In this document: piece by piece, positions 12,111 through 24,361 of the stretch | Position numbering within the stretch: position 1 is the stretch's first letter | How the letters are laid out: every line of letters starts with the position of its first letter | Source of the DNA: Octopus vulgaris | Taxonomy: Eukaryota | Length of the DNA stretch: 64,000 bases | Assembly (NCBI GenBank): GCA_951406725.2 | Contig: OX597826.1 | Location: 81,282,001-81,346,000, forward strand | Direction of reading: 5' to 3' | Position numbers and translations under genes: made by a program | Notes under the pieces: generated by a model | Databases searched by the model: none | What the model saw: the letters and a program-made list of their open reading frames with translations, nothing else | Told to the model about the DNA's origin: nothing

Positions 12111-12599
12111 TGATGATATTGTCTGCTCAATAGGGTTGACCTGGGGTGGGGGAACTAATGAATAATTGTTTCTGATTTGACAGAGGTCAGCAGGTCTGGG
12201 AGGAGTGGCTTAGCCAACACCTCCATCTACAATACCTACAGGTACAATATTTTACCAACCCTTGATGGATGAAAGACAAAGTTGACCTTAGTGGAATTTG
12301 AACTCAGAAAGAGCCTAGAAAAATACTGCAAAATATTTCTTCTGATTCTACCAGTCTATAATGGAGCTAATACATAATGACAGTGTTTCTAAACAGAGAA
12401 TTATGCTACTGTCCACTATTTTGTAGCTTAACATGTGTAGAGTTACACAATCTGAAAGTATAGCTGTGGTCAGTTCATATGAAAATGTCATCCAAACAAA
12501 CAATACCTCAGAACAGTATGTTTGTTTTATTGTGTGAGGAGAGTCATTCTCTTTTTGTTTGTGCACGTGTGTGTGGGTCAGTGTGTATGCACATACCCG

Positions 12600-12677
12600 T
12601 ATGTATGTATGTATGTATGTATGTATGTATGTATGCATGTGTGTGTGTATGCCTGTATGTCTATATTACCCATGTAC

Positions 12678-12715
<38 letters not shown>

Positions 12716-12820
12716 CATATATATATATATATTGAGTACATGGGTAATATACACATACAGGCACACACATATATATATATATACATATACATACATATAT
12801 ATATATATATGTGTGTGTAC
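12600..12820. repeat. Microsatellite with a fold-back inverted repeat
   Basis: gcctgtatgtctatattacccatgtacccaat...(TA)n...attgagtacatgggtaatatacacatacaggc. Confidence 0.9.
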
Positions 12821-13199
12821 AAGCAAAAGGCCCCCTGTCCAATGGACAGTGCTGAGTTGTCAAACATTTCTCTTCCTAGATCATTTGTTTCTTTTTCTTA
12901 GAAGCTCTCTGGAGAGGGACTAATGTAGTGACTTCATTTGGGCATAGAGTAGATTCGAACCGGAATTGGCAAATTTCCCCTATCACTTCAACAGCATTTT
13001 TCTCAGAGAAAAATGGAAATTGACAAGTGTTACATTCTACACATGATTTTACCAAGTCAGTTGATGTGTTTTCCATTTGACTTTTAATCTTTTGTATGCC
13101 ATGATCAGTTGAAATGAGAATCGACCTACCTTAATTTATCCATTGTCTCTATTATATATCCATCTTTCCAGCTAGTCTGCATCGTTAAAAATACTAGAA

Positions 13200-13620
13200 T
13201 TCCATAAGGAAGAGTGAGTTGGTGAGAAGAGACGACCAAAGACAGATCAGAGGATGAGGGGAAAACAATCGGCTTCTATGATACATACAACTTCCCTCTC
13301 CACTCTCTCTCTTTCACAAACTCACATTCCCTTGTCTACAACATTGCTCTGTCTTTATCTTTTCCCTACTACTACAATGGTAAGAACATGTACACACTTG
13401 TATAAGGAAAAATTAATTTTCTTTACTTCGCATGCTTTCCAACTTAGATTATACACGCCTGTCTTCCTCTTCTTCGACACCAACTCCATTACATTTTGGT
13501 AACAACATCACTGCAACTTGGTTTCCCAATGTAAAGATACAGCAACCGTTAAAATTGGTGACTCCGACATCTAACTCCGTTACAAATGGTGACCCCTGAT
13601 TCTAACACTTACTGTTACAT
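13200..13620 (+). mobile_element. LTR-like remnant with tRNA-Trp-like primer binding sites
   Basis: ...ccgttaca/aa followed by TGGTGACTCCGAC (13556) and TGGTGACCCC (13587), complementary to the tRNA-Trp 3' end. Confidence 0.4.
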
Positions 13621-13944
13621 ATATATTCTTTTCATTTTGTTGTTGCTCTGTGCCATGTTTCATCTTTCTAGAAAATTCCCTTGGAAAGTTTATGACCAGC
13701 TTCATTAATTAGTAAAGCTTTATTTTTTTTTTTATTCTTTATTTTGGCCTGATTTCAGTTTTCTTAAAACAACTTCTTCAGATCGATTTTTAAATACTAG
13801 GTACTGAAATTTGTGTACCATTAGAAAAATAAAGGAGGGCATTGCCACCCAGCACCTCTTTTTGGCCACGTCATTATTCTTCAATATCCTGCTGGGTCTT
13901 TCCACTGCTCCCAGAGGGGTGGAGATCTCCTTGTTGTCTGGCTA

Positions 13945-14180
13945 GAAAATGTGCAACTTTCATCATACATTGATCAAGTCATTAAATTCTAAGGATTATT
14001 TATTGCTGAGATCAGTGCCACTCTTGGGTATTCCAAATAAAAAATGAGAGGATAGTTTAAGAGTAAACCAGTTCTATTTAGACTTCAAATTGTTAAGAAT
14101 AATCACAAAGATTGATGCAGTCAGAACTTTGGAATTTGAGATCTACACTTGAAATGACAAAATGCTAAAGATTTAGTGGT
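13945..14180 (-). other. Conserved downstream module of ZNF2
   Basis: Homologous to 6530-6775. Confidence 0.7.
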
Positions 14181-14964
14181 CCTACACATCAGCATTGGCA
14201 TCATCCTCATTTCACATCTATGTTCCCTGTTGGCATGCATCGGACATCACCAGATATAAAAACATTGACGATGTTGCTTCAAAGATTACTCCACCAAATT
14301 TGCTTTTATGAAAACTCTAAGACCACAGTGACACTTGCAAATGAACATTAAATTTCAGTATACAGTCAAGAAGGAACCACACCATAAATCACATTCTAGA
14401 TGTCACCAACAACAGAATTAGTCCATTGATGGAATAATTATAAAAAAATTAATCAAAGCTCTATTTAAGAATACCTTGAAGAACGCACATAACATAAAGA
14501 CTGAATATGCAATCCAGACATATAGCCATAAGAGATATGCATATCCTATAATATCGGGTTACCAAATTCCCCTTTTCACATCTATTTTAACCTTAATTTT
14601 TTATCAATAATTTTAACTGAAGACCTGCCCAGGCTCCATGTCTGTTTTGGTTTGGTTTCTATGGTTGGATACCCTTCCTAACACCAACCACTTTACAGAG
14701 TGAGTCCCAATGTCCGTAGGTCCTTTCTCACCACTTAGTCCCACATCTTCCTGGATCTACTCCTTTCACATGTTTCTTCTACAATTAGAGATCGGTACCT
14801 CTTGATGCGACTGTCTTCATTCGTACGCATTACATGACCATACCAGTGCATTCTTCTCTTGCACACAACATCCGATGCCTTGTATAACCAGTTTTTCTCC
14901 CAAATCACTTACATTTGTCATATATGCACGTTGACATTACCAAAAATCAAATATCAAAAACACA

Positions 14965-15037
14965 TAGAGAACCTGAGCATTGAACCTGGTACTTCTTGCA
15001 TGCTGAGTGAGTGCTCTACCATCTGAGCTAATTCCCA
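14965..15037 (-). pseudogene. tRNA-Ala(AGC)-derived pseudogene
   Basis: Minus strand tgggaattagctcagatggtagagcactcactcAGCatgcaagaagtaccaggttcaatgctcaggttctcta: 73 nt, aligns to eukaryotic tRNA-Ala(AGC) with CpG decay and broken stems. Confidence 0.75.
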
Positions 15038-15075
15038 CAAATGCCATGCAGTCTGCTGAACTACCGATAAGGATG

Positions 15076-15760
15076 TTAATCTAAAAGAGCTATATCAGAA
15101 TATGGTGAGTGCAGGATTTCCCATCCAAGGACCTGAATAGCATTTTTCAGCAAATTAGATATTTGGGAGTAAGCAATGTTGTGTTGGAGAAATATGCCAT
15201 GATGCCAGTCAGGTCGTTTTAGCTGGATTGCCTTGCTGACCCAGACCGTGTCAGGATTCAGTCCTTTTTTTCCCTCTGCATCATATCGATGTAAACACAC
15301 CCCTTTTCATTGCTGGTGACAATGCAGTAAAGAAATTCCAGTCTGTGTTCATGAGCAACCTGGCAGTGAGAAAGGAGCACTGGAGTTTGCCTCTTTTGTT
15401 CACAGTACGCATGGCATTCATGCACCAAGCCACCTTACCCATCAAGAGGCGACAGACAACAGTATCAGGAGACCATCCCATCAGCTTGGTCAATCCCCTG
15501 AGTGGATTGGCACGGATCCTCAAGGATGAGCTCATTCAATCAATTCTCATTTGAATTAAATATGTCGGCCAGAACACAAATGGCTTTTGTGGTTGGATTT
15601 CCCCTCTTTGAAGGCTGGAAACTATTTCTGTGAAGTTCTTTCAGTAATGGTGTCTTTCCAGTACACAGCACAAATGTCTCAAACGGCTCTGCATCAGCTT
15701 TGGAGTCTTAATTGAATGCAAATAAAAGTAGATATTAAAAACACTCGTTTTTTTTTTTTC
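15076..15760 (-). mobile_element. Mariner transposase remnant
   Basis: RPDWHHGIFLQHNIA...LGWEILHSPYSDIA corresponds to the mariner HDNA/HPPYSPDLA region. Confidence 0.7.
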
Positions 15761-16092
15761 TAATTAGCATTTCATCATCATATGATGGAATACCAATTAA
15801 GATGATGGAACTGGCATTCCCTCATCATCTGAAGAGAGATAGAATTTTGTTCAAACTTGGAAAATAATAAACGAAAATTGTACAGGAAGAAAAGAGCTAC
15901 AAATAAACAAGAAAACATTATGATAAGAATATTTTTGATGTTAATTGAAAGGATACGGGAAAGAAAGGAACAAATTTATTCATCAGCTTAATAGTATAAG
16001 GAAATACTGTACTTTATTTGTTTCTTTTCCTTATTATTTAGGGCCACAATTGTTTATCAATGCAAACAATTAAGAGATTTTTTAGTCTCCCA
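15255..16092. repeat. About 840-bp near-identical duplicate of 29997-30838
   Basis: Only a few differences on visual alignment; identical spurious ORFs in both copies. Confidence 0.95.
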
Positions 16093-16265
16093 CCTCTCAG
16101 AATGAAGTTCTTTCTCTTATGTAAAATTACAGATGTGAATAGCTAAATTATCAGATGGTGAGAAGGATTTAGCACAGATGTTACAGTAATATGATTTTTC
16201 CCCATATGAAAACATTTATGCTTAGTTAATAGCTTACTGTATGAGAACGATTTACTACAGATAAA

Positions 16266-17582
16266 TCAATGATACGGCTTCTCTCCTGTATGAATACGTT
16301 TATGAACAGTTACAGTAGCACTTTGGGAAAAAGATTTACCACAGATATTACAATGATATGGCTTTTCTCTGGTATGAACACGTTTGTGAACAGTTACAGC
16401 ATTATGCTGAGAGAATGCTTTACCACAGATATCACAATGATACGGTTTTTCTCCTGTATGAATGCGTAGATGGCTTACCAAGGAATTACGTATAGTAAAC
16501 GATTTACCACAGATATCACAGTGATATGGCTTTTCTCCTGTATGAATGCGTTTGTGATCAGTCAACGAATGATTTGTGGACAATGCTTTTCCGCATGTAT
16601 CACAATGATATAATTTTTCTCCAGTATGAATACGTATGTGATCAGCCAGGGTTTTACTTTGAGCAAATGATTTACCACAGACATCACAATGATACAGTTT
16701 TTCACCAGTATGAATAGTTTTATGTCTCCTTAAATCATTACTACGAATAAATGCTTTATTACAGACATCACAATGAAAGGGTTTTTCTCCGGTGTGAATA
16801 CGTTTGTGACCAATAAAGGAAATATTGTGTAAGAATGCTTTACCACAAATATCACAATGAAATCGTTTTTCTCCACTATGAATGCGTTTGTGTCCAGCTA
16901 AGTTAGTACTTCGAGAAAACGATTTACCACAGATATCACAATGAAATGGTTTTTCTCCAGTATGAGTACGTTTATGTCCAGTCAAGGCACTATTTTGAAG
17001 GAATGATCTACCACAGATATCACACTGATATGGTTTTTCTCCTGTATGAATATATTTGTGAGCAGTTAACTCATCGTTTCGAGAGAATGATTTGTCACAG
17101 ATATCACAGTGATAGGGCTTTTCTCCTGTATGAATACGTTTGTGTTTAATTAACTGATTACTTTGATTGAATGATTTACCGCAGATATCACAATGATATG
17201 GTTTTTCTCCAGTATGAATGCGTTTGTGATCAGTTAGGTTCGTACTATTGGGGAATGATTTACTGCACATATCACATTGATATGGTTTCTCTCCTGTGTG
17301 AATACGTTTGTGTATAGTTAAAACATCATTACGAGTGAAGGATCTGCCACAGATATCACACTGATATGGTTTCTCTCCCGTATGAACACGTTTATGAATT
17401 GTTAAGTCACTATTTCGATAGAATGATTTCCCACAGATCTCACAGTGATATGGTTTCTCCCCTGTATGAAGACGTATATGAATAGTTAGATAATATTTTG
17501 AAGCAAACGACTTTTTACAGATATCACATTCATATGAAGGCTTTGCTAAGTTTTCCGCCATCTCTTCTGGAAAACAAGTCAT
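16266..17582 (-). CDS. C2H2 zinc-finger protein (ZNF2), 15 fingers; likely start at the second ATG (17561)
   Basis: 438-aa ORF of tandem fingers; ends at a TGA replacing the first Cys of finger 16. Confidence 0.95.
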   Translation of the reverse strand: MTCFPEEMAENLAKPSYECDICKKSFASKYYLTIHIRLHTGEKPYHCEICGKSFYRNSDLTIHKRVHTGEKPYQCDICGRSFTRNDVLTIHKRIHTGEKPYQCDMCSKSFPNSTNLTDHKRIHTGEKPYHCDICGKSFNQSNQLIKHKRIHTGEKPYHCDICDKSFSRNDELTAHKYIHTGEKPYQCDICGRSFLQNSALTGHKRTHTGEKPFHCDICGKSFSRSTNLAGHKRIHSGEKRFHCDICGKAFLHNISFIGHKRIHTGEKPFHCDVCNKAFIRSNDLRRHKTIHTGEKLYHCDVCGKSFAQSKTLADHIRIHTGEKLYHCDTCGKALSTNHSLTDHKRIHTGEKPYHCDICGKSFTIRNSLVSHLRIHTGEKPYHCDICGKAFSQHNAVTVHKRVHTREKPYHCNICGKSFSQSATVTVHKRIHTGEKPYH

Positions 17583-18029
17583 TTAACTCATTAAACAATA
17601 ACTTTTCTTCTCACACGATAATATATATATGTCTCTCGTTTTCCTTTCTAACAAATATTTCTTCTGTTATGTGTCCATCAACTGTGATCTATACTGCAAA
17701 GTCCTTTATAAATTTATCTACTTACAATGCCAGATTATATTGTATTCATTGCAGACAGTGAATTATGCAAGTGTTGCAAATACTCTCACCCAGAAGAAAA
17801 CTTTCTCCATAATTCACAAGATTCATAAACAGTCATATTTGTTCTGCGTAACATTGTCCTTTAGTCATGAAAGAATGGTAAATATTGGTGATACTTCAGT
17901 TATAAAAAAAATTCTTTTATGCCAGCTTCAGTAAGGATCCTGAAATAGTAAGAAAAACAGTTTAAGATACAGAGGATAATTAAACTGCATAAATTCATCT
18001 CGTTTCTATAACGATAAATTACCTGTATT

Positions 18030-19190
18030 TGTTCAACTCATGGCAGTCCAACCGTTCTTTGTTGGTTGCACTACATCGATCATCAGTAGGACACCACTCT
18101 TCATTTCCTCTTCCCATGGTATCAAAACATCCTCCCCTGTCCATCCGAGACCCTCTCTCTCGAACCCGTCTCTAGCCTCACTTTTCAAGGTGAGTTTGTC
18201 TTTGCAAAAGTACTCCACTGTCCATTGTTTGCTGTCAAATCAGCCCCTTATCTTCAATCTCTTTGAAGACAACCTGTTGCCCCTAAAACCTCCTTCCTCT
18301 GCTCCATACTCACAGCATGTCAATCTCCAAATGCAACTACTCTCTTGCCAACCGATCCTGTCCCTTTCCACATCAGTATTGTCCAGTATCTCATTGATTA
18401 CAATCACTCGCAGCTTCATCAATGCTCCTTGTACTCGCAGCTCAATTTCACTGAGACCCCTGCATCTAACCCTAACCCTACCATCCACTACACATGTTAC
18501 TTTTTCCACTCCAGCTCTCAGCCATTTTTATGGTTACCAGGTTTGTTGTTGCAACCCATATTGACCGGGGCCTGCACTTCCCTTGCACCCGTCAGCAACC
18601 CTATTACAGGCAACAAAAGGTGTGTCTCTAATAGGGTGTTGGGGGGAGTTACAGGCACAGTAGTTCCCTTTTCCCTGTCTGCAAAAGCTTGCCATGTGCC
18701 TGGGCTGGTCATGTCCATAAGACATCACTTCAGGCTTCAGTTTCCAATACTCCGACCATGTGCAGACCCTGACACCTAAAGCTTTGTCCCTTAAAAGTCC
18801 ATCTCACTATTTGCCACCTGCCTCTTCACCCTACTGGTGTCTGCTGCCACCGTTGCTGCAATACCGCATGCAGTGTTCTGTGTCAACACTTGCACTTTAT
18901 CTACTAAGTCACCCATTGACACTATGTTAATGTCTGGCAGCTGCAGCAACCTCACTGAGATACGACCAGGGAACTCAGTCACAAAAGCCAGCTTCACAGG
19001 TAAACCCAGCTAGCTCTCTTAATCTCCTTATCTCACTCTCCCAAGTTTCCTATAGGCCTTAAAAGGATCCTTCCTTATACGCATCCTTCAATCTTCTTGA
19101 CTTTCAGCTGATCTGCTTCATCCGTTGCGAGATACAAATTCAACACACTTCAAACTAGCACAAGACTAGTCATGTCATCTAGGCTCTGCA
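18030..19190 (-). mobile_element. Gypsy-like gag/protease remnant in the ZNF2 intron
   Basis: KLAFVTEFPGRISVRLLQLPDI, a zinc-knuckle-like region, VQAPVNMGC (degenerate ALVDTGC); related to 38.8-39.4 kb. Confidence 0.5.
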
Positions 19191-19378
19191 CCTTTGCCAC
19201 ACGCTTCAGTTTTTCTTTGTTTTGTTTTGGTTTTTTTACCCAGGTTACCACATTACCTCCACAGGAAAATGGTCTCCAAACGTTATTCTCATCCTGATAG
19301 TTATAGTGAGTGTTGGCAGCAGAAAGGAAGGAGAGGAAGAAAAAAAAATATCCTCACTGCAGATAAAAAAACAAACCA

Positions 19379-20330
19379 GGATCTTTTCTGTCATTGTCAG
19401 TTTTCTATTTTTTTAAATTTTGTTCCAACCATTTTCAAATTTATTGTACGGATTTAGTGTGGTATGCTAATTCTGAAAATGAAATTCATTTTGGCCATAA
19501 ATTAATAAAAAGTTAATGGCTTTCAAATTTTGCATAATTTTAGCCAATTGAAAATCTAACAATTGGTACCTGTCTCCATAGTGACAAGCAAAACTGTAGT
19601 CTCCTTAAACTACCACGTGTATTTTCTGGACCTTTGTACTTCATTTTCAAAAAAGTGTCTTAGACTGAGTGCACTATTGAACAGGGGTCCACATTGGAAA
19701 CTACTGGTCTAAAGCACAATTTTTGCATGACCCCTGAAAAATTACAGTGGACCCCCAATTTACTATACTGCATCTGTGGATTCCTCACCCTGAAATCTTA
19801 TATGGAACCCAGTTGAGAACCCTTACTCTAGTGTGTCGAGATTCTGACATGGTATCATGTCTGGTCTCACAGCACATTCCTCCGAAAACCCCCTTCTTCA
19901 CGTGATAAGCGCCCTTCTTCGAGTTGTATTTATGGCTTGAGGAGACTGTTTCGTCTGTCTCAACAATCTTCTCTGGACCGCCTGTCTGATCAGGGTCGAG
20001 AAGCAAGTGTCCGCTGCACATATTTCACGAATGTAGCTGTCGTAATCAACAGCTGTACTGTGACTCATCCCCGGTTCTTCAACACAAACCGGACTGAAGT
20101 TAATTCCTTGACCCATGAGTAAAGGGAGAGAAGCAGTACAATCCAAAGAGGAAGGCTGCCACCTTCCAAGCAGGTATCTTTTCTGACAGACTCACACTCG
20201 TTGCATCCTTTTCAGGAGTACAATAAGTAAATTTTCTGGCGAAACACCATCTTGTTCATATAACGTCCTTTTAATTATAATTTTCTTCTTGGGTAACTTC
20301 CTTCTTTTGAAAGTGTGAAACCGGTCCAGG
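19379..20330 (-). mobile_element. Merlin (IS1595/ISXO2-like DDE) transposon remnant
   Basis: GGPEKIVETDETVSSSHKYNSKKG...VFGGMCCETR; ggatctttt terminus at 19379. Confidence 0.75.
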
Positions 20331-20425
20331 AAAACAAACACTTCAAAATAATGAAAACAGTAACTGAAGTATCCGAAAAGAAGAAATAAAAAACACAGGA
20401 GAAAAATGACAAAAATCAGGTGGTA

Positions 20426-21797
20426 CAGGTTGACATTCAAAAACCCAGCAACCTCCCCGGACCTGAGGAGTGCTGGATTTTTTATGGTGATATATCCTGT
20501 ATATATTTAACAGAAAATTACTGCCTGTACTGTGCTTTAAAGAAAGGAAATTAAACATTAAATGAATAGCAAATGAAAATGTTCACTAACTAAATAAAAT
20601 AGTTCTACAGAATTTTAATCCTTACTGTACCCTCGAAAAGAAGCTAAATAGTACACGGGCTGTCAAGATCATCATCCTCTTCACCACCGACGGTGACAAC
20701 ATCCTCAGCAACAGGAACAGCTTCAACCCGTGGAGGAAATGTTGACAGCACATCTGGTTGACTTGAAGTTGATGCCGCTTCTTGCTGCTTCCTAGTTATG
20801 TTCTTGAATATATCGTGCAGTGTCTGTTGCTTCATATACTTGGATCTTTCTCTAATAAGTTTATCTTTGTCTGCTGAACGTTCTTCACCACACACCGCAC
20901 GAAACTGTAAGCCATGTCACGATTTGAAACGAAACAGCCAACCTTCTGAATATTCACACTTGTGTTGCAATCCCAGTTCTTCATGAAACACTTTGGCTGG
21001 TTCCTTTAATAAATCCCCAGAAATTTCCACACCTTCACTTACATGAAGATCAAACCAGGTTATGAGAACTTGGTCCAGTTCCAGACTTTTTCCTGCCATC
21101 ATTGACTTCCTAAGAAACATTTGCCTTTTTGATCCACTGTCAGAAAAGAACTTTCACAGTTTGGTACTGTTAGCGAACAGTGGTCCCGGTGCGCGCATCC
21201 GCGCTAGCTAGTCGTAAGTAGTCGATCCTACAACGACTTTTTAACCCTAACCCTAATTTTTTAACCTTAACCTAACCTTAGTTTGTTTATAAAAATAATT
21301 TACTTATTTAAAAAAATTCTTTACTTTGCGTTTTATTTACTTTGTTCGAAAAATATTCTTTAATTTTCTTTGATATGTATTCAGCAAGTCGTTGTAGGAT
21401 CGACAACTTACGACTAGCTCGTGCGGATGCGCGCACCGGGACCACTGTAGTACCTCAGTTTTTCTTTCTGTTTTTTAATATCCTTGTTGAAGATCTGATG
21501 CCGTATGTTTCACAAATGGTTCGCACAGACATACCGCTATTAAGTTTTTTCTTTAGCATTTCCATTTTCTCTGTGATCGACAATGCACGATGTTTACATT
21601 TTACGTCGCCCCTTTTCTTTGCTGGATCCATAATGGGACAAAACAGCAACAAATAAATGGTAAAATGAGAAGGAATGAGTGTCAAAACATAAACGGCGCC
21701 TTCAGCAAACAGTTGTGTGCCAATACGGTAAATTTGAAAATGCGCTCCGAAATTCATGCCGGAAATCTGAAGGAACCGGATTTTCGAGTGTCAACTG
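20426..21797 (-). mobile_element. Tigger/pogo-like DNA transposon, internally deleted
   Basis: TA-flanked TIRs cag(g)ttgaca.tc.aaaa.cc.g; CENP-B-type HTH remnants KHRALSITEKMEML and LDQVLITWF...SEGWLFRFKS. Confidence 0.85.
21163..21454. mobile_element. MITE (GGTAC termini) nested in the Tigger-like transposase
   Basis: Long TIRs acagtggtcccggtgcgcgcatcc.../...ggatgcgcgcaccgggaccactgt; splits the HTH coding region; same family as 23319-23591. Confidence 0.85.
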
Positions 21798-21840
21798 TAC
21801 AAACGTTCAGAAAACGGGCACTTGAAGAAAAACAAAACGA

Positions 21841-22110
21841 CATTCTTTCGATATAACTCGACAAAATCAAAATATTTCACTCCAGGTATTTCCCTGGAAG
21901 CTAATGAGTTCGATTCTGTTTTCTGGTTGGAAATTTGCGGATTTTACATACACACAAGAAACAGGTAAGAACAAATATACAAGGCTTTTCTTCTTCTTTA
22001 AGTTTAAAACGAGACATTGCTGGCATAATTTCGTTATATCTATACTCCACAACCCATGGAAATACCCGAGGTGAAATGTTTTGATTTTGTCGAGTTATAT
22101 CGAAAGAATG
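21841..22110. mobile_element. MITE-like element with ~53-bp near-perfect TIRs
   Basis: cattctttcgatataactcgacaaaatcaaaa...ggtatttcc, with its reverse complement ending at 22110. Confidence 0.8.
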
Positions 22111-22249
22111 CCAAAAAAATTTAAAAGAATTGAAAACTGAGATAGCGACAGAAGAGATCATAAATGGATAAAACAAAATCGGATTCAAAGTGAAAAATTA
22201 CATCAATAAACTGAATTTGAAGACTTCACTTAATTTTAAAATGTCAAAA

Positions 22250-22560
22250 TCTGTGGCATCCAGAGAAGAGGTCTGCGACCCGAAAACGGCGAAAATAAGA
22301 ATGCTCTAACCTGGAGACGAAACCTCGGAGACAAGACAAGCAGCTTCGGCACACACTACACCAGCCACTGGTCAGGAATTGGCATCCCTTTGAAATTCCC
22401 TCCACGCGTCCGAGCAACGTTCGAAGACTTCTTGGAGGAGAGAGAGAGAGACGAACTCCAATGTAGCAGTTCTTCGACTCAGATGACTTTCGCTTCCGGT
22501 GATGACGTCACTTTTCGTCCGTTCCATCCTCATCTTTCTCTTGGCTCCTGAACAGAATCT
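22250..22560. promoter_or_regulatory. CpG-rich patch with adjacent ETS and CRE motifs
   Basis: cgCTTCCGGtgaTGACGTCA at 22491-22510; CpG density well above background. Confidence 0.4.
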
Positions 22561-22569
22561 GTGCTCAGG

Positions 22570-22728
22570 GTTCGGGGTCGATAAATTAAGCCAAGGTCGA
22601 CTTTGCCTTTCATCCTTTCGGGGTCAATAAATTAAGTACCAGTTATGCACTGGGGTTGATGTAATCGACTTAATCCCTTTGTCTGTCCCCTCTATGTTTA
22701 GCCCCTTGTGGGCAATAAAGAAATAAGA
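22570..22728 (+). mobile_element. SINE family B, 3' part
   Basis: aggtcgactttgcctttcatcctttcggggtc...agtaccagtta.gcactgggg...tagccccttgtggg..ataaagaaata; fuller copy at 27165-27395. Confidence 0.8.
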
Positions 22729-23318
22729 ATTTGTGCTCAGATCATCAAGGGCCAGAAAATATACCTCTTAACATTCTCTCGGTACGGTAACGATGCTACC
22801 AGCCAGCATCCTGTCTGGAAACATTCCTATTAAGTTATAATAATAAATATGTAAATATTTAATTGAAAGGATATTAAATTAGTACATTTCTATTTAATAA
22901 TATTGGTTTCTCTAGTGATAATGAAGTATTTATAAGCCTGTTTTTTAATTGAATTTACCCTCACATTGTTTAGTCTCTGTTTTATTAATGCGAGTTTAGG
23001 CACCTAAAAGCGAATGATCATCGCGATTAAAAACTGTTTAGCAATGCAGGATTCTATAAGATGTCGAAAATAAACGGGGGAAAAAAACGAAATTCCATTT
23101 TGTTACGGATAGCTATCCGAAAAGTCCCCCACTCCCCATTGTTACCTTTTCTAGAATTACTGTGTCTGAGACAAAGGAAATTACGATTCTGATAGAACTT
23201 TTGGTGGACTACCGTAGAATACTAAAATGATGTAGGAAAAAATGCCCTCCCAATCTTTTGTCCTTTTTCTTTACCATGAAGAAATAATATTTCGAAACAC
23301 TGCGCCGAAAATATCTTA

Positions 23319-23591
23319 GGTACTACTTGAGAACAGTGGTCCCGGTAAGCGCACTCGCGCATCTGCGCTGGCTAGTCATGACTAGTCGATCCTTACTTTG
23401 TATTTTTGTGTTATTTACTTTGTTTAAAAAATTATTTACTTTGTGCTTTTGTGTTTTATTTACTTTGTTTAACAAAATTTAATTACTTTGTGTAAAAAAA
23501 TTATTTATTTTGCTAGGTAGTCGTAGGATCGACTAGTCACGACTAGCTAGCGCGAGTGCGCGCACTGGGACCACTGTTCTCAAATAGTACC
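23319..23591. mobile_element. MITE (GGTAC termini) inserted near the ZNF2 first-exon donor
   Basis: TIRs ggtacta.ttgagaacagtggtccc; the paralogous empty site is visible near 34440. Confidence 0.85.
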
Positions 23592-23599
23592 AATATATA

Positions 23600-23750
23600 G
23601 ATTTAACCACTATAAATACACATTTCGGCAATCTTATTTCTATTACCTTTATATTCTCTTTGATAAATTCGATCGACACGAGAGGAAGTTCTTTGCCGGA
23701 AACGGTTATGGTAGATGCTAAGCGGAAGTAACAATATCTGGACAAACATT
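23600..23750 (-). promoter_or_regulatory. Putative first exon/promoter of ZNF2
   Basis: Homologous to 34450-34585 and 40060-40160; CCGGAA/CGGAAGT ETS-like motifs. Confidence 0.6.
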
Positions 23751-23833
23751 TATTATAATAAATATAGAAGGAAGTAGTATAAGACAACAGCGTATTAGGA
23801 GAGATTAGGAAGATAAAGGAGGAGGAGGATGAA

Positions 23834-24010
23834 GTCATCATCGTTTAACGTCCGCTTTCCATGCTAGCATGGGTTGGACGATTTTGACTGAGGGCTGGCG
23901 AACCAGGCTCCAATCTTGATCTGGTAGTTTTCTACAGCTGGATGCCCTTCCTAACGCCAACCACTCCGAGAGTGTAGTGGGTGCTTTTATGTGCCACCGG
24001 CACGGGACCA
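23834..24010 (-). mobile_element. RTE-type 3' tail fragment
   Basis: catcatcgtttaacgtccgctttccatgctagc... Confidence 0.85.
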
Positions 24011-24021
24011 GAAAATATTAT

Positions 24022-24361
24022 GGATCTTTTACTTTTGAACGCCACTTTTCAACACAATTTCTAGTTAACTAAACACTTTTAAACTTCGTATACTGGTAGA
24101 ATGTGTCAAAATAAACCATTTTTTTCTCTTGGTTTTCTTGAGAAAAATGTAATTTGTAAGTTTAACGTAGTTTAATTTTTCGAATTTTAACCAATCCTAT
24201 GCCCTCTATTGAGCTAAAATCATTTGCTGCATCTAAAACTGAGACAACATCCTGTCACTAACCCTAACCCTAAAAATTTTAGCCTTTCGTTTTTTTTTTT
24301 TTTCTTAATTGTTAAATTAATTTAATTAACTGGAAAACTGCCGTTCAAAAGGAAAAGATCC
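24022..24361. mobile_element. Merlin-type MITE with perfect 8-bp TSD
   Basis: TIRs GGATCTTTT.CTTTTGAACG; AATATTAT on both sides (24014-24021 and 24362-24369). Confidence 0.85.

Noticed and set aside
14965-15037. Functional tRNA-Ala
   Set aside because: Acceptor, anticodon and T stems have mismatches; called a pseudogene.
15281-15554. ORFs identical at two loci (also 29955-30296)
   Set aside because: They result from the near-identical duplicated mariner block, not from coding conservation.
16266-16268. Selenocysteine at the Cys>TGA site
   Set aside because: No SECIS recognised, the adjacent codon is also altered, and only one paralog has it.
21242-21280. Telomere-like TAACCC repeats (also near 24260)
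   Set aside because: Only 2-3 units, internal to MITEs.
20426-21797. Domesticated CENP-B/Jerky-like gene
   Set aside because: Frameshifts, a MITE insertion, a missing DDE domain and retained TIRs.
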